DNA from: Mobula hypostoma | Taxonomy: Eukaryota | NCBI RefSeq assembly: GCF_963921235.1 | Contig: NC_086108.1 | Span: 111,974,001-112,038,000, forward strand | Length of the DNA stretch: 64,000 bases | Direction: 5' to 3' | Shown: positions 12,996 through 26,089 of the stretch, piece by piece | How positions within the stretch are numbered: the first letter of the stretch is position 1 | Layout of the letters: the number at the start of each line of letters is the position of its first letter | Program-made: the position numbers and the translations under genes | The notes under the pieces: model-generated | Databases searched by the model: none | Told to the model about the DNA's origin: nothing | Seen by the model: only the letters and a program-made list of their open reading frames with translations

Positions 12996-13704
12996 CAGAT
13001 TCCGGAAGGTTGTCACAGCCAGGATGAAGGGGAGGGGTTGTGGGGATAAGCTACCACCAACTATCAAATCCTTCCAACGGAGAGCATCTCAAATAGCCTC
13101 TGACAACCAAGTCCAGCTCCTGGCCTTCACGTGTGATTTAGCTACTAAGCCTTGCGGAACCATTTCTACTGAAAGGAGGAGGGGCAAAGGTGGGTTACTG
13201 GTGCCTTAAAACCAGTCGCTCCGGGTAGATGGGCCTCTTCAGCCATGGTTGACAGCTGATCTCGGAGAAGGGAAGCTCTGATCTCAAATCTCCTCTGCCC
13301 TGCAGAAATAACCATTCACAGGGAAGGCTTCCTCAGTAAACCCTGGAAAAACCCAGAACTGGAGTCCCTAAGGCAGCCCTATGTTGAGTTCAACGCTGAC
13401 TGGTAACTCCTGCGTTGCCGGAGAGGGGAAGGCTGCTACATGGGCAACAGCTTGCTCTCCACATCGTACTGCCCTGGCTTGTGTAGACAGCTGGGATGCA
13501 ATCTCCATGGCTTACCCTGTCCAACGTGGCCTCCATCCAGCTCATTGATATAGATGACACACACCAATGGAGCCGGCATCCCTGTGAGTGAGCCCTGCTC
13601 CTTGTGAAGTTCCTCTGCACTGTGTTCAGTTATACAAATCTATATCATTGTATGGGACGTTGATGTCTTCATTACCTCAGATGGCAGCTTTGTTTTTATT
13701 CAAG

Positions 13705-13843
13705 GTGTTTGCCTTTCACTTTGGGAATGCTGAACTGAAGCATTATGATTGGTCAAAGATTACAACAATTGTAATCCCTCCAGATATGGACCTCCACGCT
13801 GTCTGTACTGCACATGCAAATAAAGCTCAAATAGTCTTGAAAG
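13705..13843 (+). CDS. CTBS-like: CTBS-like paralogue B exon 2 (139 nt)
   Basis: AAG acceptor and GTAACT donor, phase 0 to 1. VFAFHFGNAELKHYDWSKITTIV...AVCTAHANKAQIVLK matches CTBS VFVF...YDWSQITTV...MCYAHSKGARVVLK. Confidence 0.93.
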
Positions 13844-15804
13844 GTAACTCATTTTATCCCAGTTGATAGAGTGAATAGTTTGTGATTATAAGCTCAAGTT
13901 CAGTTTATTGTCACGCAACCGTACACATGGACAGTATACCACGCATTAGGGTTAGAAACAACGTTCCTCCGGACTAAGGTACACAGAACAGTACATATAA
14001 CTCACATACAACCGTATACATGTATACCGTCAAACAAAACAATGTTGTTCTGGACCAAGGTGCACAGAACAGTACAAATAATTCTTATACAACCGTACAC
14101 ATGTATACCGTCAAACAAAACAATGTTGTTCTGGACCAAGGTACACAACACAGTACATATAACTCACACACATAACACATAAGGTAATATTACCACAAGT
14201 AAAAAGGTGTATTTATGACACAAGTTAAAAAGTAAACAGAATAATGCTACTGTTGCTTCATACGTGATGAGACCTGGGTGGTGGAGGGGAGTTCAGTAGT
14301 CTCGTGGCCCGGAGGGGGAAGGGACAGGGAAAATGCTGTGTCCCATTCTAACAGACCTTATCATCATACTGTGGTACCTCCCGCCTGCTGATAGGGGGTC
14401 AAACAGACTATCTCAAAGAGTCATAGAAAAGTACAGCAGAGAATCCGGCCCTTTGGCCCATCTAATCCATGCCAAATCATTCAAACTTCCTAGTTCCATC
14501 AACCTGCACCTGGACCATAGCCCTCCATAACCCTACTATCCATGTACCTACCCAAATTTCTCTTAAACGTTGAAATCGCACTCACATGCAACTTGCGCTG
14601 GCAGCTTATTCCACAATCTCACCACCCTCTGAGTGAAGAAGGTTCCCTTCATGTTCCCCTTGAACTTTTCACCTTTCATCCTTAACCCATGACACCTGGT
14701 TCTAGTCTCTCCCAAGCTCAGCAGGGAAAGCCCGTTGCGTTTATCGCTCATAATCTAAATGTCTAAATGATGAATAAGCGTTAGGGTGTAGAGATGGGTG
14801 GAGCAGTAAATCTTATTCTTTCACGGTGGTGCGAAGCATCAGTTACTGACGGGATGGAAATGACCCTGATCCAAGTGTTTTGCTTCGCTGCTGCAGTGAA
14901 AAACAGGAGTCCATTAGACCAGAAGACCATAAGATCAAAGGAGCAGAATTAGGCCATTCAGCCCATCAAGTCTGCTCCGTGATCACTATGCTACTGTACT
15001 GCTTTAACATTCTGTGGAAGACCCTTGGAGTCAGCAACAAGAATTGGAATGCACATAATGGGGAAATATATTCGGGAAATACCATAAGACATAGGAGTAG
15101 AATTAGGCCTTTTAGCCTATAGTGTTTGCTCCACCATTCTATCATGGCTGATTCACTATCCCTCTCAACACCTTTCTCCTGCCATCGTCCCGTAACCTTA
15201 GATACCCCGGCTAATCAAGAACCTATTGACCTCTGCTTTAAATATACCTGATGACTTGACCACCACAGCCACCCGTGGCATTGAATTCCACAGATTCATC
15301 ACCCTCTGATTAAAGAAATTGCTCCTCACTTCTGTTCTAAAGACGTGTCCTTGTATTCTGTGGCTGTGCCCTCTGGTACCACCTCTGGAACTTCTCCAAT
15401 GCCAGCACATCCATTCTTAGGTAACGGGTCCAAAACTGCTCAAATACTCAATCCTACCGCTGTCGATCTGAAGCCATGTAGATGCCAGCCTAGTAACAGT
15501 AATATTAGGTGAAGTAATAATTGTGTCATGAAAAATTTTCTCAGATGCGAGCAACAGATTGTCTGCAATAGACTGCAGTCAGTAAGACCATCCTCACTAT
15601 CTGATCAGTCAGTAAGTAACGTGGTCACCATCCGATCACAGTCCTTAAGCAATGTCCTCAGCAGCTGATCACAGTCAGGAATTACCGTCCAGACCAGCTG
15701 ATCATGCGCACACGGGGAGAATGTACAATCTCCTTACGGGCAGCAGCGGGACAAGTACCTGGTTTGCTGGTCAGTCATGCATTGTGCTAACCACAACACT
15801 CCTC

Positions 15805-16400
15805 TGCCACCTCCGTACAGCCCCTTCTGTGCATGATGTTGTGCCAAACTTAAAGCCTACGCCAAGATCACATTCTTGTTCTGACATCTCAGTCCATGGT
15901 CTCCTCTTTTGCCATGATAAGCCCACTCTCAGGTTATCGGGGCCACACCTCAGAATCCCTGTCCAAAGCCTCCAACCTGATGGCATGAACATCAGTTGTT
16001 CCTTCCAGTAAGTTTTTCCCTTCGCCTTACCTCTTCTTCTATTCCCCACTCTGGCCTCTTTCCTCTTCTCCTCATCTGCCCATCACCACCCCCTGGGACC
16101 CCTCTTCCTGCCCTTTTTCCTATGGTCACCAATTCTCTCCTATCAGATTCCCTCTTCTCCAGAACTTTACCTTTCCTCCCCACCTTGCTTCACCTATCAC
16201 ATTCCAGCTAGTACTCCTCCCCCTCCCCCCACCATTTTGTTCTGCCGTTTCCCCCCCCTTTCCTTCTCGTCCCGATGAAGGGTCTCAGCCCAAGACATCG
16301 ATAGTTTGTTCATTTCCATAGACGCTGCCAGACCTGATGAGTTCCTTCAGCATGTCATGTGTGTTGCTCTGGACTCCCAGCATTTGTGGAATTTCATGTA
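15805..16400 (+). mobile_element. Old Penelope-like 3' fragment (GIY-YIG C-terminus and tail)
   Basis: HSCSDISVHGLLFC...LQPDGMNI resembles the younger Penelope copies; the hammerhead tail is degenerate. Confidence 0.65.
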
Positions 16401-17933
16401 TTCAATCTAACCCTTCCCTCATACATAGCCTCCATTCTTCCGTCATCTGCACTGGGACTTTTGTCCTTGGGGCTAACGGGTGATGTCATCGAGGTGTATA
16501 AGATGACGAGGGGCACTACGGTAGTGTGGTTGGTACACCGCTGTGGCAGCTCGGGATGTTTCTGTTCATTTGTATGTAAGGAGTGTCAAAGTTCTCCCCA
16601 TGACCACGTGGTCTTTTCTGGGTGCTCAGTTTCCTCCCACAGTCCAAAGACATACTGGTTAGTTGGTTAACTGGTAAATTGTCTCGAGATTAGGTTAGGT
16701 GGGTTGCTGAGCCGGAAGACTGGCATCTTTAAATAAATAAACAACTAAGGTTGGTTGCCATTGGTACTTTTCTCAAAGTGAGGAAGCCTAAAACCAGAAA
16801 ACACAGATTTAAGGCTCTCAGTTGTGTGAGGAAGACACAACCATTAGACATAGGAGCAGAATCAGGCCTTTCGGCCCCTCGACTCTGCTACACCATTCCA
16901 TCGCTGCAGATTTACTGTTCCTCTCAACCCCATTCTCCTGCCGTCTCCTGTAATTCTTGATACCCTGACTAATCAGGAACCTATCAGCCCCCACTTTAAA
17001 TGTACCCAATTACAGTATCTGTGGCAAAGGATTCTATTGATTCACCACCCTCTGGCTGAAGAAATTCCATCTCATCTCTGTTCTAAATGGACATTCCTCT
17101 ATTCTGAGGCTGTGCCCTGTGGTACGAGACTCCCATTATAGGAAACATCCTCTCCACTGCCACTCTATCTAAGCCTTTCAATCTTAGTTTCTCAGTTTCA
17201 GTGAGATCCCACCCTCTTCATTCTTCAAAACTCCTGTGAATACAGGCCCAGAGCAACCAAATGCTCCTGTTATTTTAACCCTTTCATTCCTGGAATCTGT
17301 CATAAACTTCCTCTGGACCTTCTCCAGTGCCGGTGGAAGCGATAGGCAGTGGCAATTGCACAGATGGATTGGCATAGATAGTCATCTCTGCCAGCACGGT
17401 TGAGTTGGGTCGTACTGTGTAACTCAATGACTCATCGACTCTAAATTACATAATGCAATGTTAGTGGAAATGATTCAGGTGGAAGTTGTCGTCGTTGCCC
17501 GTGTTGTCCTGCTGAACATTGTGGCGTGCTCTGTTGGTGCCCAGATGCATGGTGACACCTTCAGGCTGCCCCCAGCACATCCTTAGAATGAGAATCAGAA
17601 TCAGGTTTAATATCACTGCCGTATGTGGTGAAATTTGTTGTTTTGTGGCAGCAGTACATTATAATACACAATAATAAAATCTATAACTTACAATAAGAAG
17701 GACATAATTAAAAAGCAAACTAAATTAAACAAGTAGTTCAAAAAGACAGGGGAAAAATAGTGGTCATGGCTTCATTGTCCATTCAGAAATCTGATGGTGG
17801 AGGAGAAGAAGCTGTTCCTAAAATGTTTACTGGAATTAAACACACTCCCATGTTGTGTCCACTGCAGCCACCAGGTCTTAGTGAAATATGTATCCATCCC
17901 TCCACACCCCCAACCACTGTGACTTTATCTTTT

Positions 17934-18188
17934 GCCAATCACCTGTCCAGTTCTTGGCTCCATCCCTCCCCCTCCTGTCTTCTCCTATCACTTTGGATCT
18001 CCCCCTCCCCCTCCCCCTCCCACTTTCAAATCTCTTACTAGCTCTTCCTTCAGTTAGTCCTGACGAAGGGTCTCGGCCTGAAACGTCGACTGCACCTCTT
18101 CCTAGCGATGCTGCCTAGCCTGCTGCGTTCACCAGCAACTTTTATGTGTGTTGCTTGAATTTCCAGCGTCTGCAGAATTCCTGTTGTT
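17934..18188 (+). mobile_element. Truncated Penelope 3' end with 16-bp target-site duplication; contains an intact hammerhead motif at 18056-18091
   Basis: tgtgactttatctttt at 17918-17933 and 18189-18204; AGTC-CTGACGA-AGGGTCTCGGCCT-GAAA-CGTC-GACT. Confidence 0.85.
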
Positions 18189-18433
18189 TGTGACTTTATC
18201 TTTTCCTCTTTGTCATCTTGTGAACAGACACTCCTGAGCCTAGTGTCACTTCATGGACAAGAAAGTTCCTTGTTGATCAGAGTCAACCATAAGTGATATG
18301 TCCTTTCTGTTTTACGCACGCCATATGCAAGCCAGGGCAGTACAATATGGAGACGGTCAGCTCTGTGCTATAATGTTCTTATATTCTATGTTTTAATTCT
18401 CTCTAAACTGTGTTTCTCTCTGCCCTCCTTCAG

Positions 18434-18642
18434 GTGATTTATCAGTCAACCACTTGACAAACAAGAGATTTCAAAACATTTGGATTAAATTCATTCTAAG
18501 GTTCATAAAACAGACATATATGGATGGAATATATTTAAATGTCCCGGAGAAAATTGAAAAAGGGTCTCATCTTTATCACAAAGTAACTGAGACAGTTAGA
18601 GAAATTTCATCATACTTCCGTGAAGAACTACCTGGATCTCAG
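18434..18642 (+). CDS. CTBS-like: CTBS-like paralogue B exon 3 (209 nt), with a degenerate GH18 catalytic motif
   Basis: CAG acceptor and GTAAAT donor, phase 1 to 0. (G)DLSVNHL...QTYMDGIYLNVPEK...ETVREISSYFREELPGSQ versus CTBS ...TQYMDGINIDIEQE...ETTDSFHREIEGSQ. Confidence 0.93.
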
Positions 18643-19187
18643 GTAAATTAAAAGGCCAGAAATTTCAGACTTTTAGCCCAGAATGATAGGAATTCACTCC
18701 ACAAAACACAAACAAATCTTCTCAGCTGAGTTCAAAGTACATTTATAATTAAAGTACGTCCACGTCACCTTATTCCTTTTATGTAATTATGTAGAGATGC
18801 AGCTCGGAATCCTTCTGGCCCTTTAAGCTGTACCATTAACAGCCCCTGATTTAACCCAGGCCTAATCACAGGGACAACTAACCTACTGACCAGTATGTCT
18901 TACCACTGGGAGCACCTGCACAAAATCCATGCTACAGGTAGGACATGTAGATTCCTTACAGAGGACACAAGGATTAAACTCTGAATTCTAATCCCCAGGC
19001 TGTAATACATCACACTAACTGCGAAGACACCATGAAGTCACCCATACTACCCTGAGATTCATTTTCTTGCAGGCACTCATGGTAGAACAAAGAAATACAA
19101 TAGAATCAATGAAAAACAATACACAAAAGCTGACAATAATCTGCAAAAGACATGCCATTCAAGTAGAGAATAATAATAATAACAATA

Positions 19188-20308
19188 ATGCAAGGCTTAC
19201 TGAGAAAGTAAGGAGGCATGGGATCCAAGGGGACATTGCCTTGTGGATCCAGAACTGGCTTGCCCACAGAAGGCAAAGAGTGGTTGTGGACAGGTCATAT
19301 TCTGCATGGAGGTCGGTGACCAGTGGTGTGCCTCAGGGATCTGTTCTGGGACCCCTACTCTTCGTGACTTTTATAAATGACCTGGGTGAGGAAGTGGAGG
19401 GATGAGTTAGTAAATTTGCTGATGACACAAAGGTTGGGGGTGTTGTGGATAGTGTGGAGGGCAGTTAGAGGTTACCACGGGACATTGATAGGATGCAAAA
19501 CTGGGTTGAGAAGTGGTAGATGGAGCTCAACCCAGATAAGTCTGAGATGGTTCATTTTGGTTGGTCAAATATGATGGCAGAATATAGTATTAATGGTAAG
19601 ACTCTTGGGAGTGTGGAGGATCACAGGGATCTTGGGGTCTGAGTTCTTCGGACACTCAAAGCTGCTGTGCAGGTTGACTCTCTGGTTAAGAAGGCATACC
19701 TTGGAATTGAATTTAAGAGCTGAGAAGTAATGTTACAGCTATATAGGACCCTGGTCAGACCACACTTGGAGTACTGTGTTCTGTTCTGGTCACCTCACTA
19801 CAGGAAGGATGTGGAAACCATAGAAAGGTTGCAGAGGAGATTTACAAAGATGTTGCCTGGATTGGGGAGCGTACCTCATGAGAACAGGATGCGGGAACTT
19901 GGCCTTTTCTCCTTGGAGCGACAGAGGATGAGAGGTGACCTGACAGAGGTGTATAAGATGATGAGATGTATTGATTGTGTGGGTAGTCAGAGGCTTTTTC
20001 CCAGGGCTGAAATGGCTAACACGAGAGAACAGTTTTAAGGGCTTGGAAGCAGGTACAGAAGAGATGTCAGGGGTAAGTTTTTTTACGCACAGAGTGGTGA
20101 GTGTGTGGGATGGTCTGCCGGTGACGGTGCTGGAGGCCGATACGATAGGGTCTTTTAAGAGACTCCTGGATAGGTACATGGAGCTTAGAAAAATAGAGGG
20201 CTATGGGTAACCCTGGGTAATTTCTAAAGTAAGTACATGTTCGGCACAGCATTGTGGGCCTTAGGGCCTGTATTGTGTTGTAGGTTTTTGATGTTTCTAT
20301 GTTTCTAT
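19188..20308 (+). mobile_element. CR1 LINE 3' fragment (RT) with (TTCTATG)n-type tail
   Basis: [22 protein letters not shown] and LVRPHLEYC motifs; inserted in an (AAT)n tract. Confidence 0.9.
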
Positions 20309-22465
20309 AATAATAAATAATCTAGTTCAAGTTTATTGTCTCTCATCCATATGCATATATATCACCCAACGGACCAAGGTGCACAACACAGTTCATATAA
20401 CTCACAAACACACAGAGTAATATTAGCATAAATAAATTAACATGCAATAAATTATGTTCCAGAAGATTGGCAGTTAGCATAAGGTGTATATACAACTCAA
20501 GTTTAAAAAGTACAGTAAAACACAACTGGCACTTTATCAGTGATGAGTTGTAGAGTCTTTGAAAGTAAGTCCATGGGATGTGTAACAAAACACATAAAAG
20601 TTGCTGGTGAACGCAGCAGGCCAGGCAGCATCTCCAGGAAGAGGTACAGTCGATGTTTCCAGCCGAGACCCTTCCATGGGTTGTGTTTAGTGATCGGTTC
20701 GGTGATGATGGGAATTTAGCAGAACACCAATAACTGTGAGGCTAAATACAACTCCAGCACCATACACTGTTGTGGGCCTTATCAAACATGGGGATGAATC
20801 AGTATACAGGAGGGAGATTGAAAACTTGGCTGAGTGGTGTAATTACAATAACCTCTCAATGTATGTCAATAAGACCAATGGACTGATTGTGGACCTCAGG
20901 AGAGGGAAACCAGAGGCCCATGGGCCAGTAATCATCGGAGGATCAGAGGTAGAGAGGGTCTGTAATCCAAAGTTCTTTCAGAAGTGGGGAATGAGGCACA
21001 AAACTTGTTGCTTCATGGTTGTTTTATTAAGTGTTAATAGAGTAAAGGAAAGTTGAAATGCAGAGGAGCAGGAGGGCTTAAAGACAAAAACAATTCAATG
21101 ACACTGGCCAACATGGGGCTATGTTTATACCCATAGATAAGAAAAATTCTGTTATAATTTGTAGGTAAGTGCCAACCAATGACAAAGGCCTAATTCAAAT
21201 CGTGCAGCACCAAGAGAAGCTTCCAGAATCATACCGGTGTTACCACTCGGGAAACACCGAACAACTGCATGTACACACTGTGACCACTAGGCAGTTATTT
21301 GTATATAAGTAATTATATAAAATATAAACAGATAATTAATTATTAAACTACAAAGAAAATCATAGTCTAATCGAATAGTAAACAATTGGTTCCAACAACA
21401 TGGTACTGCCACTAAATCAACAAATTGGTGGAGACAAGAAGTGAGCTCCTGGCTGTATGACATTTCAAAACCTCTCGTACTGTCCGATCCGTCCTCGGCC
21501 TCTTCCGCTACCGGGCTGAGGAAGAGCACCTTGTATTCCACATGGACCACCCACATCCCTGTGGCATGAACAGTTCCTCTGTCCACATTTACTCTGTTCC
21601 ATTCTCCCCCTCTGATCCACCCACAGCCCCTCTTACATTCCAGTACCCTGCCCTCATCCTGTTCTTTCTGACCCCAGCTTATTTTATCCGCCCATCACCA
21701 ACACAACACACTCAGGCCACAAGACCATAGCACACACTACTGGAGTAGAATCAGGCCATTTCTCCCATTGAGCCCACTCTACAACTCCATCTGGCTGATT
21801 TATTATCCCTCTCAACTCCATTCTCCCTTCTTCTCGTAACCATTGACAACTTTACAAACCCTGAACCTATCAACCTCTGCTTCAAATATACCCATTGACT
21901 TGGTCTCCACAGCCATCTGTGGCAATTAATTCCACAGATTCACCACCCTCTGGCTAAAGAAATTCCTCCTCATCTCTGTTCTAAATGGATGTCCCTCTGT
22001 TCTGAGGCTGTGCCCTCTGGTCCTAGACTCCTCAACTATAGGAACAGCCTCTCCAAGTCCACTCTATCTGGATCTTTCAATCTTCATAAGTTTCTGTGAG
22101 ATCCTCCCCCAATTCTTCGGAACTCCAGTGAGTAAAGGCCCAGAGCCCTCAAATGCTCCTCATATATTAACCCTTCCCTTCCCAGAATCATTCTCGTGAA
22201 CCTCCTCTGGACCTTTTTCAATGCCAGATAAGGGGCACAAAACACTTCACAAGCAAAAAATAACTTCATTTTTGTAAATATATAACTATCGGTTGATAAC
22301 ACAAATGACATCTTTCACTCTATACGTCAGAACACACACATATATATGTTTCGATATACACATAACAAATAAATTTAAATCTTGCATCTTGAGTCTTGAA
22401 TTACTGGAGACTCCCAGTGCAAATAATAAGATGAGACTGATTTCTCATTGTTCTTTGGCCCTCAG

Positions 22466-22637
22466 ATCTCCTTTCACATACCTTGGTCTCCACACTGCAA
22501 GAACGAACAATGTTATGACTTCTTAGCAATTTCACGAGCCTGTGACATTTTATTTGTGGCATCCTATGACATTCCAAATGACCTGCGGGATGGTTGTGTG
22601 GCAAGGTCAAGTGCTCCCTATCACCGGGTTTTGTCAG
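22466..22637 (+). CDS. CTBS-like: CTBS-like paralogue B exon 4 (172 nt)
   Basis: CAG acceptor and GTAGGT donor, phase 0 to 1. ISFHIPWSPHCKNEQCYDFLAISRACDILFVASYD...CVARSSAPYHRVLS matches CTBS VTFDVAWSP...CYNY...ACDFLFVMSYD...CIAAANAPY. Confidence 0.93.
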
Positions 22638-22689
22638 GTAGGTTCTATGAGACCCTCAGCCTCACCCTCTCACAAAGCTGACTGAGATA

Positions 22690-24420
22690 AGACCATGAGA
22701 CATAGGAGCAGAATTAGGCCATTTGGCAAATTGAATCGGCTGCACCATTCCATCATGGCTGATTTACTTTCCCTCTCAACCCCAATCTCCTGCCTTCTCC
22801 CTGTAACTTTTAACAGCCTGACTATTCAAGAACCTATCAACCACCATTTTTAATATACCTAATGACTTGGTAATAAATTCAATGGATTCCCTACCCTCTG
22901 GATAAAGAAATTCTTCTTCATCTCTGTTCCAAATGGACGTCCCTCTATTCTGAGGCTGTGTCCTCTAATCCACAGACTCCCCCCGCTGTAGTAAACATCC
23001 CCTCCACTTCAGCTCTATCTAGGCCTTTCAATATTTGATAGATTTCCTTCAGATCTTTCCTTCTAAACTCAAGAATGTACAGGCCCAGAGCCATCAAGTG
23101 CTCTTATACACTAACCCTTTCATTCCAGAATCATTCTCGTGTACCTCCTCTCCAATGCTAGCACATCTTTTCTTAGATAAGGGGCCCCAAACTGTTCTCA
23201 ATACTCTGAATACAGACTGACCAATGCCCTAAGCCTCAGCACTACATCCTTGCTTTCATAGTCTAGTCTTCTCCAAATGAATGCTAACATTGTATTTGCC
23301 TTCCTTACCATTTACTCAATCTGCAAGTTAACCTTCAGGGAATTCTAAGATGCTTTTGCACCTCTGATTGTTTGAATGTTCTCCCCATTTAGAATATAGT
23401 CTATGACTTTATTCTTCTACCAAGTTGCATGACCAGATACTGTATTCCATCTGACACTTCTTTGCCTCCCACTTCCTCAACACTACCTGCCCCTCCACCT
23501 ATCTTTGTATCAAACACCAGCTTGGCCACAAAGCCACCGATTCCATCATCCACGTAGTTGACAGACACGGTTGAGAGAAATGACAGTGGCGCAAAACATC
23601 AACTGTACTTTTTTTCCATAGATGCTGCCTGGCCTGCAGAGTTACTCAGCATGTTGTGTGTGGTCCCATCACTGACCCCTGTGGAACACCACTAGCCAAC
23701 CAGAAAAGGCCCCTTTATTCACATTCTTCGCCTCCTGCCAATCAGCCATCTTCATTCCATGCTCCAGACACAAAATTCTGGAAGAACTCAGCAGGCCAGG
23801 CAGCTTTGTGTGGTGGACAGAGCGAAGGTGCCATTCTCTTCTCCAGCCCTTTATCTCTTTCACCAATCAACTTCCTACCTCTTTATTTCGTCTCCTCCCC
23901 ATCTCCAGCTTTCACCTATCACCTGCCATCTTGTACTCCTTCCACAACCCTACATTTTGCTCTGACTTCTTCCCTTCCTTTCCAATCCTGATGAAGAGTC
24001 TTGGCCCAAAATTTCAACTGTTTACTCTTTTCCATAGACACTGCATGCCCTGTTCAGTTCCTCCAGAATTTTGTGTGTGTTGCTTTGGACTGGCAGCATC
24101 AACAGATTTTCTTGTGTTGGTTCTCTCCGTGCTAGTGTCTTATCTGTAATACCACTGGCTATCTTTTTAATCAGCTTCATGTGTGGCACCTTGACAAAGG
24201 CTTTCTGAAAATCCAAGTAAACAACATTCACTGACTCTCCTTTGCCTATCCTGCCTGCTACCTCCTCAAAGAATTCCAACAGATTTGTCAGGCAATCTTA
24301 AGGAAGCCATGTTAACTTTGGCCTGTTTTATCATGTGCCTCCAAGTACCCTGAAACCCCATCCTTAATAATTGATTCCAACATCTGCTCAATGACTGAAG
24401 ACAGGATAAGTGGCCTACAA
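22690..24420 (-). mobile_element. Decayed CR1 LINE interrupted by Penelope-tail/SINE-like fragments
   Basis: Minus-strand EFFEEV...VYLDFQKAF motif (ORF 24022-24279) and a CR1-type tail at about 22690. Confidence 0.75.
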
Positions 24421-24446
24421 TTTCCTTATTCAATTTGTCCTTTCAG

Positions 24447-24544
24447 GAATGTCAGATTATATCAGACTGGGCATTGACTCCAGAAAGCTGGTGATGGGCA
24501 TTGCTTGGTACGGTTACGACTACACCTGCAAGCGCTTTCCCAGG
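24447..24544 (+). CDS. CTBS-like: CTBS-like paralogue B exon 5 (98 nt; not in the ORF track)
   Basis: TTTCAG acceptor and GTAAGA donor, phase 1 to 0. (G)MSDYIRLGIDSRKLVMGIAWYGYDYTCKRFPR matches CTBS GYNDYIKMSINPKKLVMGVPWYGYDYTC. Confidence 0.94.
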
Positions 24545-24642
24545 GTAAGATGCTGATATTCAAGTTCAGGTTTACCATCATTCAACCATACACATGTATA
24601 CAGCTAAATGAAGCATTGTTCCTCTGCGGCTAGGAATCTAAA

Positions 24643-24890
24643 CACAGAGCATACAGTCACACACATTAGTCACACACAGTGCATACAGTTACACACATTA
24701 GTCACACAGAGCATACAGTCACACACATTAGTCACACACAGTGCATACAGTTACACACATTAGTCACACAGTGCATACAGTCACACACATTAGTCACACA
24801 GTGCATACAGTCACACACATTAGTCACACACAGAGCATACAGTCACACACAGAGCATACAGTCACACACAGAGCATACAGTCACACACAT
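24643..24890. repeat. Minisatellite (agcatacagtcacacacattagtcacac)n
   Basis: Tandem 20-32 bp units seen directly. Confidence 0.9.
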
Positions 24891-24894
24891 TCTT

Positions 24895-26002
24895 CACCCT
24901 TACTCTTAACTTTTGATCAATTCCCAACAGCACAACCCTCATAGTATCATCCAACGCTTCAGGGGTTGGTTCCAATACAAACTTCTCAACACTAACGTCC
25001 ATTTCTGCTGCATTTCCACACAACCAAATTAAAAGGGATTTTCCCAAATCAATTCAAACAAGCCTCCCACACAATTTGTTCATATCACGGACACAGGCCC
25101 CAATTTTGTCACGTACCCCGTGACGGGTTAAAGAACCAGCAGAGATGGAAAACACTTTGGAGTCCAGTATTGCTATTAACTAATAATATTTATTAATAAC
25201 TACACAATACAGTAATATAAAATCTGATATATAAAACAGGTTAGCAATGATTATATACAAGTACATATCACAGTAAGTGTGGAAATGTCTATGAAAATCC
25301 AAGCTTCTTCAAGTCCAGGGTTAAATAGATAGTCTTACGATAATGAGTAAAGTTCAGTTCAGTTCCTGATATTGAGTTGAGTAGTGATGGAGAGAGAGAG
25401 GGAGAGATTTCAGTCTTCAGTTGAGCTAATGCCATTGATCTTCTTGTTGTCCTCCAAAATCCTTTAAAAGTCACCGACTGTGACCACAAGAAAGGGGACC
25501 ATTTTTCTGTGGTGGAATCATCAACCCAGTCAAGGGTGGACACATGGACAACTCCCCACCAGTCACTACCTTTTCACACTGCAAGAGCCACTGATCGATC
25601 CGCCTGATCCATCCTCCAAAAAAACTTTGTTGGCACAACAAAGCTCATTCAGTGTCCAAAACATGTGCCTGAGGTCTATCATCTGACCTCCTATTTATCT
25701 CACTGTACTGAGTACCAGCTGTCTCTCAAATAACTCGTCCTTCCTCTGTCTGTGTAAGAGTGCACTAGCAGGCAAATGTCCTTGGAGAAAGTATAAGCAA
25801 CCTCCAGAGAAAACATAACCTCAATTGTCCATCAAGTAACGCCACCCATGGTCACCATAGTGACTTGCCAGCTGCTCGGTGCTCTCTCTCTCCAACTCAA
25901 CAAAAAACCAAAAGTTCCTCGTCGTGCCTTAAAGTGACAGTCCAAAAGTTAGTCTTTGTCTCTCTCTCTCTCTTTCTTCCTCTCTCTCTTTTCAAAAGTA
26001 CA
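24895..26002 (-). mobile_element. Gypsy-like 5' LTR, degenerate tRNA-Pro primer-binding site and gag start (truncated)
   Basis: On the minus strand the LTR ends ...CGTGACA at 25107, followed by TGGGGCCTGTGTCCGTGAT (compare Pro PBS TGGGGGCTCGTCCGGGAT) and a gag-like MDVSVEKFVLEPTPEAL. Confidence 0.65.
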
Positions 26003-26089
26003 ACTAGATTATGAGAACACTCAGTCCTCGTTTATTGTCATTTAGAAATGCATGCACGCATTAAGAAATGATACAATGTTCCTCTAGAC

